Under the pieces are notes generated by a model. That model saw only the letters and a program-made list of their open reading frames with translations, was not told the origin of the DNA and did no database searches. The position numbers were made by a program, and so were the translations under genes. Shown piece after piece: positions 20,576 through 30,259 of a DNA stretch of 64,000 bases. The stretch comes from a virus. Position 1 is the first letter of the stretch. Every line of letters starts with the position of its first letter. The DNA lies in the IMG/VR virus record IMGVR_UViG_3300042527_000802, positions 1-64,000 of that record; one strand, given 5' to 3'.

Positions 20576-20609
20576 ACCATGTAACATTTAGAGAGTTATT
20601 GGAAGTTAC

Positions 20610-20810
20610 ATGAAAGAAAAAGAAGAACCGTCAGAACGCAAAGACGATAGAAGAAAAAAGATCAAGTTAAAAAGCAATAAAAGAAAAATCAAGGAGTTTG
20701 AAGATGACTCTTTGAATAGAGAAAATATTGCTAAAAAAGAGGTCAAAAAACTTAAGGAAAGTTTCCAGGACGAAGAATGGGAAGACTGGGATCGTTACTA
20801 TAATCACTAG
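20610..20810 (+). CDS. Small highly charged hypothetical protein
   Basis: First ORF after the promoter; Lys/Arg/Glu-rich, ends EEWEDWDRYYNH. Confidence 0.6.
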   Translation: MKEKEEPSERKDDRRKKIKLKSNKRKIKEFEDDSLNRENIAKKEVKKLKESFQDEEWEDWDRYYNH

Positions 20811-20816
20811 CATAAA

Positions 20817-21071
20817 ATGAAATATATTGAAGAATTAAGTGCTGGTGATTGCTTTGAACAATCTGGGCAATATTATATATTGTCATCTGATTTTAGAGCT
20901 AATGGAAAAAGAATGTGTCTTTCTCTTTTCAATGGCTTTTCCCATTGGATGGATGGCGATTGTATAGTTAATCAAACAGACTTATTTACTATGGATAAAG
21001 AAAGCAACATAATCGCCATTAAAGAGAGACAAAAAGATGATATTTCTAATAAGACTAAGGACATTTCTTAA
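20817..21071 (+). CDS. Hypothetical protein
   Basis: Tightly packed operon ORF. Confidence 0.6.
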   Translation: MKYIEELSAGDCFEQSGQYYILSSDFRANGKRMCLSLFNGFSHWMDGDCIVNQTDLFTMDKESNIIAIKERQKDDISNKTKDIS

Positions 21072-21291
21072 ATCTTTATTTTTCCATGTTTATAGTGGAT
21101 TTCCTAAGACCACACAATCAGAGATTTTAGATAGATATTCTATTTGTATGGATTGTGATAAATTTAATCATTCAGACTCTATATGTAATATATGCGGATG
21201 CTCTATTAGTAAAAAGAGCAAATTCTTGAATAAGTTAGCATGGGCTGATCAGGAATGTCCAGAAGGTAAATGGGGACAAATTAAAAGGTAA
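21037..21291 (+). CDS. Cys-rich Zn-finger protein (DUF6171-like)
   Basis: R..ICxxC...CxxCGC...K......CP.GKW. Confidence 0.65.
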   Translation: MIFLIRLRTFLKSLFFHVYSGFPKTTQSEILDRYSICMDCDKFNHSDSICNICGCSISKKSKFLNKLAWADQECPEGKWGQIKR

Positions 21292-21295
21292 AAAT

Positions 21296-21871
21296 ATGAA
21301 TACAAAATTTTCAAATAAAAAGAAAACTCCATTTATTTATTATAGCAATAATGATATTTTTGACATTGCTAGAGAAAGAGTAACTGGAGGCAATAATGGA
21401 TGCACGGTTTTTATTCCTCATGTGTGCAATAACATAGATTTATTTGGAGCCGGATTTGCAGCCCAGGTGGCTGATAAATATCCATCCGTTAAGGCAGATT
21501 ATCATATGTTAGGCAAAACGTTCTTAAAAAATAATTTAGGATATGCACAAGTTATAAAAGTATTTGAAGATCCAAAACATAGACATAAATTATGTTTTGT
21601 TAATATGATAGCTCAAAATGGAGTAAAAGGATTTAATAACCCTAGACCACTAAACTATCTAGCACTTGTAAAATCAATGAATAATATGTCAAACTATATT
21701 CAAAATCATACAGGTTTTGGTAATGGTTCAGAAAAAGTGGAAATACATTGTCCCAAGTTTGGTAGTGGCCTTGCTGGTGGTAATTGGAACTTTATAGAGC
21801 AACTTATAGAAGATGTTTGGTCAAAATATTTCGTAACAGCATATCACTACAATCCAAGGCCAAAAACATGA
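21296..21871 (+). CDS. Macrodomain protein (Poa1p/TARG1/DarG-like ADP-ribose processing)
   Basis: HVCNN...FGAGFA, NMIAQ, PKFGSGLAGGNW. Confidence 0.85.
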   Translation: MNTKFSNKKKTPFIYYSNNDIFDIARERVTGGNNGCTVFIPHVCNNIDLFGAGFAAQVADKYPSVKADYHMLGKTFLKNNLGYAQVIKVFEDPKHRHKLCFVNMIAQNGVKGFNNPRPLNYLALVKSMNNMSNYIQNHTGFGNGSEKVEIHCPKFGSGLAGGNWNFIEQLIEDVWSKYFVTAYHYNPRPKT

Positions 21872-22236
21872 ATACTATTGTCAATAAACTGTGGGGATAT
21901 GAAATCTGGATAGAGAATAATTCAGAATATTGTGGTAAACATTTACATGTAATACCAAATCGTAAATGCTCTGTTCATTATCATAAAAACAAAAAAGAAA
22001 CATTCTATATTATTAACGGTGAATTGATATTAGAATATTCAACACATCTTGATGAACAGTCATGGATAAATATGAGTGGTATAAAAACTATTCTACTCGA
22101 AAAAGGAGATAGTTTTACAATAGAAAGAAATATTGCTCATAGATTTTATACTAGTCTATCATATCCCTGTGATTTTATAGAAGTTTCTACGTATCATGAT
22201 GATAATGATTCATATAGAATCATAGTTAGCTCATGA
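21868..22236 (+). CDS. Cupin-fold sugar isomerase-like protein
   Basis: K.WG.E, CSVHYH..KKETFY, H-RF, IEVST; ATGA overlap with upstream stop. Confidence 0.8.
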   Translation: MNTIVNKLWGYEIWIENNSEYCGKHLHVIPNRKCSVHYHKNKKETFYIINGELILEYSTHLDEQSWINMSGIKTILLEKGDSFTIERNIAHRFYTSLSYPCDFIEVSTYHDDNDSYRIIVSS

Positions 22237-22529
22237 AATATATAGTTGATATAGACAACACTATCTGTGAAACAATAGAATCAGATTATAAAAATAGTAA
22301 ACCAATAAATTCACACATTGATAAAATTAATAGATTATATCAACAAGGAAATTACATCACGTACTGGACTGCTAGAGGTTCAAACAGCGGTATAGATTGG
22401 TCATCTTTTACTGTGGATCAACTCGCCAAATGGGGATGTTTATATCATGAAATTAAGTTTAATAAACCATCATACGATTTATGGATTGATGACAAATCAA
22501 TTAATATAGGATTTTTTACTAATGAGTAA
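22233..22529 (+). CDS. HAD-superfamily phosphatase (capsule-biosynthesis phosphatase-like)
   Basis: VDIDNTI, WTARG, KP.YD..IDDK. Confidence 0.8.
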   Translation: MKYIVDIDNTICETIESDYKNSKPINSHIDKINRLYQQGNYITYWTARGSNSGIDWSSFTVDQLAKWGCLYHEIKFNKPSYDLWIDDKSINIGFFTNE

Positions 22530-23289
22530 TATAGTTGTCATTGGAGAATCATGTATAGATGAATATGTGTATGGAACGTGTGATAGGGTTTGTCCTGAAG
22601 CAGCGGCCTTGTGTTTTCGTCATTCTAATTACAAAACCGTTAACTCTGGAATGGCCGGGAATACTTATGAGAATCTCAAAGCTTTAAATGACAATGATCA
22701 GCATAAAATTGACCTAATAACTTGTAGATCTACTATTATTAAAAGACGTTTCATTGATAAAAAATACAATTCTATTATTTTTCGCGAAGATATAAATGAT
22801 AAATCAGATAAAATTAATCTAACAAACTATAACTCTCTAATAGACTACGATTATATAGTAATATCAGATTATAATAAAGGTTTTTTATCTATAGATGATA
22901 TCAAAAAAATATCTCACATAAAAAGAAAAGACTGTTTGATATTTATTGATACTAAAAAATCTTTAAAAGATTTAGCACAGTATGTTGATTTTATTAAGAT
23001 TAACTCTCCTGAATTTGAACAAAATGCTCAATATATTGATAAAATTATTAAATATTCAAATTTAATTGTAACTAAAGGGGAAAAGGGCGCCACTTTTTAT
23101 TCTAAGAATGAAATAAAAGATTTCGCTACAGAAAAGGTTATCTTAAGAGATGTTTGCGGTGCCGGAGATACATTTCTTGCTGGTTTAGTAATAAAATATT
23201 CAGAAACTAAAGATATTAATGAATCTATCAAATATGCTAATGCTTGCGCATGTAAAGTGGTAGCAAAATTTGGAGTGGTCACAGTATGA
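22522..23289 (+). CDS. hldA: PfkB-family heptose-7-phosphate kinase (HldE/RfaE kinase domain-like)
   Basis: VIGESCIDEY..G...RVCPEA, ISDYNKG, DVCGAGDTF. Confidence 0.75.
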   Translation: MSNIVVIGESCIDEYVYGTCDRVCPEAAALCFRHSNYKTVNSGMAGNTYENLKALNDNDQHKIDLITCRSTIIKRRFIDKKYNSIIFREDINDKSDKINLTNYNSLIDYDYIVISDYNKGFLSIDDIKKISHIKRKDCLIFIDTKKSLKDLAQYVDFIKINSPEFEQNAQYIDKIIKYSNLIVTKGEKGATFYSKNEIKDFATEKVILRDVCGAGDTFLAGLVIKYSETKDINESIKYANACACKVVAKFGVVTV

Positions 23290-23672
23290 AAATCATTTGG
23301 ACTAATGGATGCTTTGATATTCTTCATGTTGGACATATAGAGCTATTTAAATATGCTAAATCTCTTGGAGACCAACTGATTGTTGGTATTGACAGCGATG
23401 CTAGAGTAAAAGAACTAAAGGGCGAAAGTAGACCAATCAATAATCAATTTCGCAGGAAAATTTTACTAGAAAGCATCAAATATATAGATAAAGTAGTAAT
23501 ATTCAACAGTGAAGATGATCTTAGATCCAATATTAAAAACTTATCAGTTGATCTCATTGTGGTTGGAGATGACTATAAGAACAAGAGGGTCATCGGTATC
23601 GAGCATGCCAAAGTGATGTTTTTCCCAAAAATTCCAAATCTATCTTCATCTGCTATTATAAATGGCAAATAA
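23286..23672 (+). CDS. hldC: Heptose-1-phosphate adenylyltransferase (HldE domain II-like)
   Basis: WTNGCFDILHVGH, VGIDSD..VK.LKG..RPIN, GDDY. Confidence 0.8.
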   Translation: MKIIWTNGCFDILHVGHIELFKYAKSLGDQLIVGIDSDARVKELKGESRPINNQFRRKILLESIKYIDKVVIFNSEDDLRSNIKNLSVDLIVVGDDYKNKRVIGIEHAKVMFFPKIPNLSSSAIINGK

Positions 23673-24543
23673 TATTTTAATTACCGGATCATCAGGATTC
23701 ATAGGCTCTTGTCTTACTAGAAGTCTTAGATCATCTAATAGTATTTATACTTGCGATACTTCAAACACAAATTTTGATCATAAGTTTTTAAATATCGAAG
23801 ATATAGATAAATATACCTTGAGTATGTTTGATACTATTGTTCATCTGGGAGCTATATCGGAAACTAATTCATCAAATTTACAAGATATATTAAAACAAAA
23901 TATAACTTTTACTCTTAATTTAATATCAAACTCACCACCATCCTGCAAGATTATTTATGCATCGTCTGCATCTGTGTATGGTAAATGCGAATCTTCTGTT
24001 TCTGAGGGCGATGCCACAAATGGAGATAGTGCATATTCAAAATCCAAAATTGCTATAGATAATATTATAAAAACATTTTGCCAAGACAGACCAATCATTG
24101 GGCTACGATTTTTTAATGTTAGCTCATTCAATAGTGAAAAGCATAAAAAGCAACCCAGTCCCACTTTCAGATTCCTACAACAGCTTAAAGAGAATCAAGA
24201 AATAAAACTATTCCACGGATCTGATCAAATTTTTAGAGATTTTATCTATATTGATGATGTAATTGATATTATTAAATTTTTTATTAAATATGATATTAAT
24301 CAATCAGAAATCTTCAATGTTGGTTCTGGTCAATCAGCATCTTTTGAGAATATTGCTGATGCGTTGATTAGTAAATTAGGATTTGGATCTAAAACCTTCA
24401 TAGACAGACCCAATAACTTAACAAATAATTATCAAACCTTTACTTTAGCAAATATAGATAAACTTAAATCTTTTGGATATCATACATATATACCATCAAT
24501 ACTAGAGCATATAGAAAATTATGAGCCAGAAATCAGAAACTGA
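23662..24543 (+). CDS. hldD: NAD-dependent epimerase, ADP-L-glycero-D-manno-heptose-6-epimerase-like
   Basis: ITGSSGFIG, HLGAISET, YASSASVYG, YSKSK, LF.GS....RDFIYIDDV, YQTFTLA. Confidence 0.7.
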   Translation: MANNILITGSSGFIGSCLTRSLRSSNSIYTCDTSNTNFDHKFLNIEDIDKYTLSMFDTIVHLGAISETNSSNLQDILKQNITFTLNLISNSPPSCKIIYASSASVYGKCESSVSEGDATNGDSAYSKSKIAIDNIIKTFCQDRPIIGLRFFNVSSFNSEKHKKQPSPTFRFLQQLKENQEIKLFHGSDQIFRDFIYIDDVIDIIKFFIKYDINQSEIFNVGSGQSASFENIADALISKLGFGSKTFIDRPNNLTNNYQTFTLANIDKLKSFGYHTYIPSILEHIENYEPEIRN

Positions 24544-24928
24544 TCTACAGTTTGACACTCTAAAGAGTATCTTAGAAAACGATAATAATCCTAAACTATT
24601 ATTTTCGGTGCCAGAGAGCGCTGGAGATATATTTTTATCAACAAGTCTTTTACATTCGCTTAAAAATGCATATCCAGACTATCATATATATTTTGCATGT
24701 AATAAACAATTTTTTCCTATTCTAAAAAAGAATCCACTAATTCATAGAGTTATAGAATTTATGCCAATTATGGAAAATCAAGTTATTATGGAAGGAACAG
24801 CGAGCTGGAAAGGTTTTTTTGATATTAGTATTATGGCTACTGTTTTAACTCAAAGATATATTAATTATTTAAACAATGGAAAAACTAAAATTATGTTTGA
24901 CTTAAAGGATAATATATGCATATCTTAG
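24521..24928 (+). CDS. GT9 heptosyltransferase-like N-terminal domain (split gene, part 1)
   Basis: SAGDIFLSTSLL..LK.AYP..HI......ILK.NP.I..VI. Confidence 0.65.
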   Translation: MSQKSETDLQFDTLKSILENDNNPKLLFSVPESAGDIFLSTSLLHSLKNAYPDYHIYFACNKQFFPILKKNPLIHRVIEFMPIMENQVIMEGTASWKGFFDISIMATVLTQRYINYLNNGKTKIMFDLKDNICIS

Positions 24929-25479
24929 AAACCTATGCTCTAGTGTCAGGAGCTAAAATAAGTAAATGTTTTATACATGAAGATCCTATAGATATTCCAT
25001 CATCAAAATATATAACTTTTCATCCATATAGTCCAAAAGGAAATAGTAAACAATATGATCACTGGACCACGATATTAGACCTGTTAAAGAATACTAAATC
25101 TTTTGATTATGAGATAATACAGATAGGTGAAGAAAATGATACTAAATATAATGTTAATAATGAATATTTAGGACAAACTACATTTAATTCCTTAGCAACC
25201 TTAATCAAAAAATCATCATTACATTTAGGATTTGATAGCTTTCCAGTACATTTAGCGTCGTACTATAATATAAAAATTGTTGCTTTGTATTCATATTATG
25301 CTTCTACATGTGGGCCATACTTTTCAGACCAAAATAAAGTTAGATTACTAGAGCCTAGTTTTGATAAGATAAAACCAACATTTAATCATAATGATCCTTA
25401 TCGACTCATCAATAACATAGATCCTATTTTAGTATATCACTCAGCGTTAGATTTATTAGAAATAAAATATGAAAATTAA
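24916..25479 (+). CDS. GT9 heptosyltransferase-like C-terminal domain (split gene, part 2)
   Basis: ITFHP...KQY..W, IIQIG, LHLGFDSFPVHLAS, IVALY; own SD aaagga. Confidence 0.7.
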   Translation: MHILETYALVSGAKISKCFIHEDPIDIPSSKYITFHPYSPKGNSKQYDHWTTILDLLKNTKSFDYEIIQIGEENDTKYNVNNEYLGQTTFNSLATLIKKSSLHLGFDSFPVHLASYYNIKIVALYSYYASTCGPYFSDQNKVRLLEPSFDKIKPTFNHNDPYRLINNIDPILVYHSALDLLEIKYEN

Positions 25480-26395
25480 TATTAGAATGGAGGGTGGTTT
25501 AGGAGATCACCTACTAGCAAATAGATTTGTTCCAGCCATTCTTGACAAATATCCAGAAGCACAGATAAAGATATTTTCGGACACAGAGAACAATCCAAGA
25601 AGCCTAGACCTTTTGCTAAATACATTTCCGTCTTTTTATAATAGAGGTGGAGAAGTTATTAAAAGTAGAAAAAATAAAGAATTTACTATAACATCACAAT
25701 TTGGTCCAGAAAATTATCCAGCTAGTATTGATAATCATACTGACGAAACTAAGCAAATAATGATAAATGAATGTGATAAATTTTATGATTTACACATAGA
25801 TAGTTTGAAGTGGCTAGATCATGACTATGATTGGTTCAGATACTATTATTTTTTTCCTAAACCACAACAAAAATATAATAAAATATATGAATCTTCTTAT
25901 GTAATGACGCATTTATATTCTAGACCTAATTCTCCCTATAATTTAGATAAACAATATTCTATTAATTTATTAAAACAATTATCGCAAGTCCTTAAAGTAG
26001 TTGTTGTTATTGAAGAACAATATAAAGATTATTATCAAGAACTGTTTGATAACAATAATATTATTATTAACACAGCATCCAGTATTGATGAAATTTTTTC
26101 AATAGCATCACATTGTTCATGCTTTTTTGGCATAGATAGTGGTATTAGATACATACCTTATCATTTTGGAAAACCTACTTTTGTTTTTTCAAAATATTGT
26201 TCATCATATGGAAATGTTGCATACTCTCATCTTGTCAGATGGCTCATTTATAAACAGTATGTACTGCCAATGCATATAGATATTGACATTATATCTAAAA
26301 TAGTTTACAATATAAATAGTAATCAGGCTTACTCACTATTTCCTGAAATACCAGATAGTATAGATCAGTATATAGTTAGGAGAAAATATGAATAA
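25469..26395 (+). CDS. GT9-like glycosyltransferase
   Basis: GGLGDHL, FFGIDSGIRY...GKPT. Confidence 0.65.
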   Translation: MKINIRMEGGLGDHLLANRFVPAILDKYPEAQIKIFSDTENNPRSLDLLLNTFPSFYNRGGEVIKSRKNKEFTITSQFGPENYPASIDNHTDETKQIMINECDKFYDLHIDSLKWLDHDYDWFRYYYFFPKPQQKYNKIYESSYVMTHLYSRPNSPYNLDKQYSINLLKQLSQVLKVVVVIEEQYKDYYQELFDNNNIIINTASSIDEIFSIASHCSCFFGIDSGIRYIPYHFGKPTFVFSKYCSSYGNVAYSHLVRWLIYKQYVLPMHIDIDIISKIVYNINSNQAYSLFPEIPDSIDQYIVRRKYE

Positions 26396-26948
26396 TTATT
26401 TTAAATATTGGAAAGAAACACTGAATACTCAAAAATCTAGAGATCCTATATTTTTGGATGTACTAAGTAGATTTAATAATAAACCAATTAATATATTAGA
26501 AATAGGATGCGCTAGAGATCTCAATTTACAAGCTAGATTTGGAGATGGGTGGAGTTCATTATTTTGGGCTGACTATATATTAGAATATGGTGGATCGCTA
26601 ACTAGTTACGATATAGATCAGTCTGCCATAGATAGAGTAAATGCTTTATTAGAGAATATAGATATCCAATTTTCTAGTGTTGTAGCAGATGGTACAGAAA
26701 TTTTGAAAGTAAATAATAAATACGATCTAATATACTTAGATGGATCTGATAGCCCATACGAGATGTTAGAACAAATGAAATTATGTGATCTAGTTAATAG
26801 TTATGTATTTTGTGACGATTTTAATCAAAAAGGTATTTTGGTAGCACAAGCATATCCAAATCATATTTTATATAAATTAGATAATCATAATCATCAAATG
26901 GCATTATTCAGTGATTCTATAAAAACCTTAGAAATAATAACTCTATGA
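26388..26948 (+). CDS. Class I SAM-dependent methyltransferase (Methyltransf_24-like)
   Basis: ILEIGCAR...DGWSS, YDID, DLIYLDG, DD. Confidence 0.7.
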   Translation: MNNYFKYWKETLNTQKSRDPIFLDVLSRFNNKPINILEIGCARDLNLQARFGDGWSSLFWADYILEYGGSLTSYDIDQSAIDRVNALLENIDIQFSSVVADGTEILKVNNKYDLIYLDGSDSPYEMLEQMKLCDLVNSYVFCDDFNQKGILVAQAYPNHILYKLDNHNHQMALFSDSIKTLEIITL

Positions 26949-27748
26949 TTATAGATACTTTTACATTCTGGAAAGAGCTTGATATATTAGAAATTAGACT
27001 AAATGAATTGTATGATACTGTAGATAAATTTGTTTTAGTTGAAGCAGCACATACTCAATCCTTGCAGCCAAAACCCTATTATTTTGAAGAAAATAAATCA
27101 CGGTTTTCGCAGTTTCTAGATAAAATAGTACATATAAAAGTAGATGAAAAAATTGATATTTCTCAAAATCCTTGGGCATTTGAAAATTTTCAAAGACAAT
27201 GTATAGCAAAAGGATTAAATCAATTATCTGTAACTGCTGACGATTATATCTTAGTATCTGATGTTGATGAAGTTCCTAGAGCAGAATGCTTAAAAAGATT
27301 ATTGCCGAATATGGGAGAAATACTTTGTTTTGGTATGACATATAATGTATATTTTCTTAATCTTGTAATGAGACATAAACTTTGGCCCGGAACTGTGGCT
27401 ATGAGAGCAAAAGACATACAGTGCGATATGCACACCCTTATTAAGTTGAGAGACAGACTCCCACACCATCTTATACCATGCGACACAGGATGGCATCTAG
27501 GTTATCAGGGTGGTGAACAAGTAGTATTTGATAAATATTTTTCATGTATTGAACCATTTAATAAAAATGATATACCTGCTAGAGAAAAATTTAGTAATGT
27601 ATTTAAAGAACGAGCAAAAGATCAAGGCAGTTTTATTTTTTGTGATAATCTAGATAAACAAGATTTGATACTAGATCAAATACCAATAGAAAAATTGCCT
27701 AAATACGTACAAAACAATCAAAATAAATTTAAATCTTTTTTACTATAA
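26945..27748 (+). CDS. GT17 (MGAT3-like) beta-1,4-GlcNAc transferase family protein
   Basis: DTFTFWKELDILEIRLNEL..VDKFVLVEA..T, E.FQR, SDVDEVP, GWH. Confidence 0.85.
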   Translation: MIIDTFTFWKELDILEIRLNELYDTVDKFVLVEAAHTQSLQPKPYYFEENKSRFSQFLDKIVHIKVDEKIDISQNPWAFENFQRQCIAKGLNQLSVTADDYILVSDVDEVPRAECLKRLLPNMGEILCFGMTYNVYFLNLVMRHKLWPGTVAMRAKDIQCDMHTLIKLRDRLPHHLIPCDTGWHLGYQGGEQVVFDKYFSCIEPFNKNDIPAREKFSNVFKERAKDQGSFIFCDNLDKQDLILDQIPIEKLPKYVQNNQNKFKSFLL

Positions 27749-27759
27749 TATAATAAATT

Positions 27760-28725
27760 ATGAGAATTGGCTTAATAGGTTATGGATACTGGGGTCCAAA
27801 TATAGCAAAAAATCTACATAAGCTTAATGTTGATTTTACCGTAATAGTAGATAGCGACCATAGTAAACTATCTAAATTATCATATCCAAAAACTATATTA
27901 TTAAATAATATTAATGATGCATTAAATCATGCCGACGCATTTATTATTGCAACACCAATAGAAACACATTATAGTATAGCTAAATATTTATTAGAAAACA
28001 ATAAACATGTCCTGATACAAAAGCCTATGGCCGACTCTTCAGATAAATGCAAAGAATTAATTGATTTATCATATAAAAATAATCTTACATTAATGGTTGC
28101 CCACACCTTCTTGTTTTCTCCACCAATAAATAAGATAAAAGAAGATATAAATAATAATAATTATGGCGATTTAAATTATATTATATCAACTAGAATTAAT
28201 TTAGGGTTATTTCAACGTCATCATAATGTGATCTGGGATCTAGCTCCTCATGATTTTAGCATTATTAAATATCTATATAATGAAAAGCCGATAGCAATAT
28301 CTGCTGTTGGTAAAAAACACACAGAGTGCCAACACATAGACTGCGCCAGTATTTCTATTTTATATAATTCTAATTTTATGGCTACAATTAATGTTAATTG
28401 GCTATCACCAATAAAGGTCAGAAACATGATAATTGGTGGTCAAGATAAAACAGTATTATATGATGATTGCTCATTAGATAAAATAAAAATTTATGATTCT
28501 GGCGTAGAATTTAATAATGATGTCTTCACATATAGAAAAGGAGATATCAATATTCCAAGATTAGATGAAAAGGAACCAATCAATTATGAGTGTATAGAAT
28601 TCATTAAGTCTATAGAGAAAAACAAGCGCTCTGTTTCAGATGGTGAATTTGGCTTAGAAGTTGTTAAAATGATCGAAGCAGCAAATAAATCAATATTAAA
28701 TAATAGCGCAGTTATACCAATATGA
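27760..28725 (+). CDS. Gfo/Idh/MocA oxidoreductase (WlbA/WbpB-like)
   Basis: IGLIGYGYWG, IATP..H, HVLIQKP, DLAPHD. Confidence 0.85.
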   Translation: MRIGLIGYGYWGPNIAKNLHKLNVDFTVIVDSDHSKLSKLSYPKTILLNNINDALNHADAFIIATPIETHYSIAKYLLENNKHVLIQKPMADSSDKCKELIDLSYKNNLTLMVAHTFLFSPPINKIKEDINNNNYGDLNYIISTRINLGLFQRHHNVIWDLAPHDFSIIKYLYNEKPIAISAVGKKHTECQHIDCASISILYNSNFMATINVNWLSPIKVRNMIIGGQDKTVLYDDCSLDKIKIYDSGVEFNNDVFTYRKGDINIPRLDEKEPINYECIEFIKSIEKNKRSVSDGEFGLEVVKMIEAANKSILNNSAVIPI

Positions 28726-29174
28726 ATAATGTAAGACTTGGCCAAAATACAGTCATACATCCTATTACAAATATATACGGATGTATAATTTCTGATAATT
28801 GTAGAGTTGGTCCATTTGTTGAAATACAGAAAAATGTAATGATAGGTAAAAATTGCAAAATACAATCTCATTCATTTATTTGTGAGGGAGTTACAATAGA
28901 AGATAATGTTTTTATTGGTCATGGCGTTATTTTTTGTAATGATAGACTACCAAGGGCCACAAATATAGATGGTTCTCTTAAGAAAGAAAATGAATGGACA
29001 TTAGAGCCAGTGTTGATTAAAAAAGGAGCCTCAATAGGAAGTAATGCAACCATACTCTGTGGGATTACAATAGGATATAACAGTGTCATCGGCGCTGGTA
29101 GCGTAGTAACCAAAAATATTCCGGATAATCAAATATGGGCGGGCAATCCTGCTAAATATATTAAAAATATATGA
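28722..29174 (+). CDS. Hexapeptide-repeat sugar N-acetyltransferase (WlbB/WbpD/QdtC-like)
   Basis: Left-handed beta-helix repeats, FICEGV.IED.VFIGHGV.F.ND, GNPAK. Confidence 0.9.
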   Translation: MNNVRLGQNTVIHPITNIYGCIISDNCRVGPFVEIQKNVMIGKNCKIQSHSFICEGVTIEDNVFIGHGVIFCNDRLPRATNIDGSLKKENEWTLEPVLIKKGASIGSNATILCGITIGYNSVIGAGSVVTKNIPDNQIWAGNPAKYIKNI

Positions 29175-30259
29175 AAGTTCCTTTTTTTAATTTATATAAT
29201 ATAAACAGCCTAATTAAAAAGGATGTTTTAGAAGCAGTATCCAAAATTATCGACGATAGTAGTTTTGTAGATGGTAACTTTGTTAAAAAATTTGAAGAAG
29301 AATTTGCAGAGTTTTGTGGTGCAAAATACTGTATTGCTGTTAATAATGGCACAAGTGCTCTTCATTTAGCTACAAAAGTTAGTTTCAGATCATCTATAAA
29401 AAATGCAGCAACTCCACCAAACTCATTTTTTGCCACATCTGAAAGTTTAGAGTATTCTGGTTTTAATCCGTTTTTTGTTGATGTTGATGAAAATTTTAAT
29501 ATTAATATCGCAGACCTATACTCTTTACAAAATTATTATGGAAATATATTACCAGTTAGTTTATATGGAAATCCATGTAATTTATCAGCAATAAAAGATA
29601 TATCAGATACTTACAATAAGGGTTTTGTTCATGATGCGTGTCAGGCCCACGGAGCATATCACAAGAATAATCCCATATGCGACTACGCTGAGTTGACATG
29701 CTTCAGCTTTTATCCATCAAAAAATTTAGGAACTTTTGGTGAAGGAGGAGCAATAGTAACAAATAATAAATATTATTATGAAACTATAATGCAACTTAAA
29801 AATCATGGACAACAAATTAGATATAAACATAATAATATAGGATATAACTATAGGTTAAATGAAATACAAGCTGCTGTACTTTCGATAAAACTTAAATATC
29901 TTGACGAATGGACTGATGAAAGAATTAATATAGCAAAAAGATATGATAATAATCTAAAATCATCTAAAGTTAAAGTCTTAAAAATTAATTCAGATGATAA
30001 ATGCGTATATCATTTATATCCTATATTTACAGAATATAAACAAAAATTATTAGATTTATTTGATAAAAATAATATTGGTTACGGATTTCACTATCCAATA
30101 CCAATATATGACCAATTACCATATTCATCATTAAATCTCGATCACGCTAAATTTAAATATACTGAAATAAGTAAAAATCAACAAATCAGTCTACCAATAT
30201 ATATAGGAATGTCTAATCAAGAAATAGACTATGTTTGCGAGATAATAAATCAATTATGA
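29171..30259 (+). CDS. DegT/DnrJ/EryC1/StrS sugar aminotransferase (WlbC/WbpE-like)
   Basis: NNGTSAL, DACQAHG, SFYPSKNLG (PLP Lys), GYNYRL. Confidence 0.9.
   Translation: MKVPFFNLYNINSLIKKDVLEAVSKIIDDSSFVDGNFVKKFEEEFAEFCGAKYCIAVNNGTSALHLATKVSFRSSIKNAATPPNSFFATSESLEYSGFNPFFVDVDENFNINIADLYSLQNYYGNILPVSLYGNPCNLSAIKDISDTYNKGFVHDACQAHGAYHKNNPICDYAELTCFSFYPSKNLGTFGEGGAIVTNNKYYYETIMQLKNHGQQIRYKHNNIGYNYRLNEIQAAVLSIKLKYLDEWTDERINIAKRYDNNLKSSKVKVLKINSDDKCVYHLYPIFTEYKQKLLDLFDKNNIGYGFHYPIPIYDQLPYSSLNLDHAKFKYTEISKNQQISLPIYIGMSNQEIDYVCEIINQL

Noticed and set aside
20456-20587. 44-aa N-terminal extension of the HtrL-like ORF
   Set aside because: Overlaps two promoter-like elements; the family motif begins at MKNTTIVT (ATG 20455)
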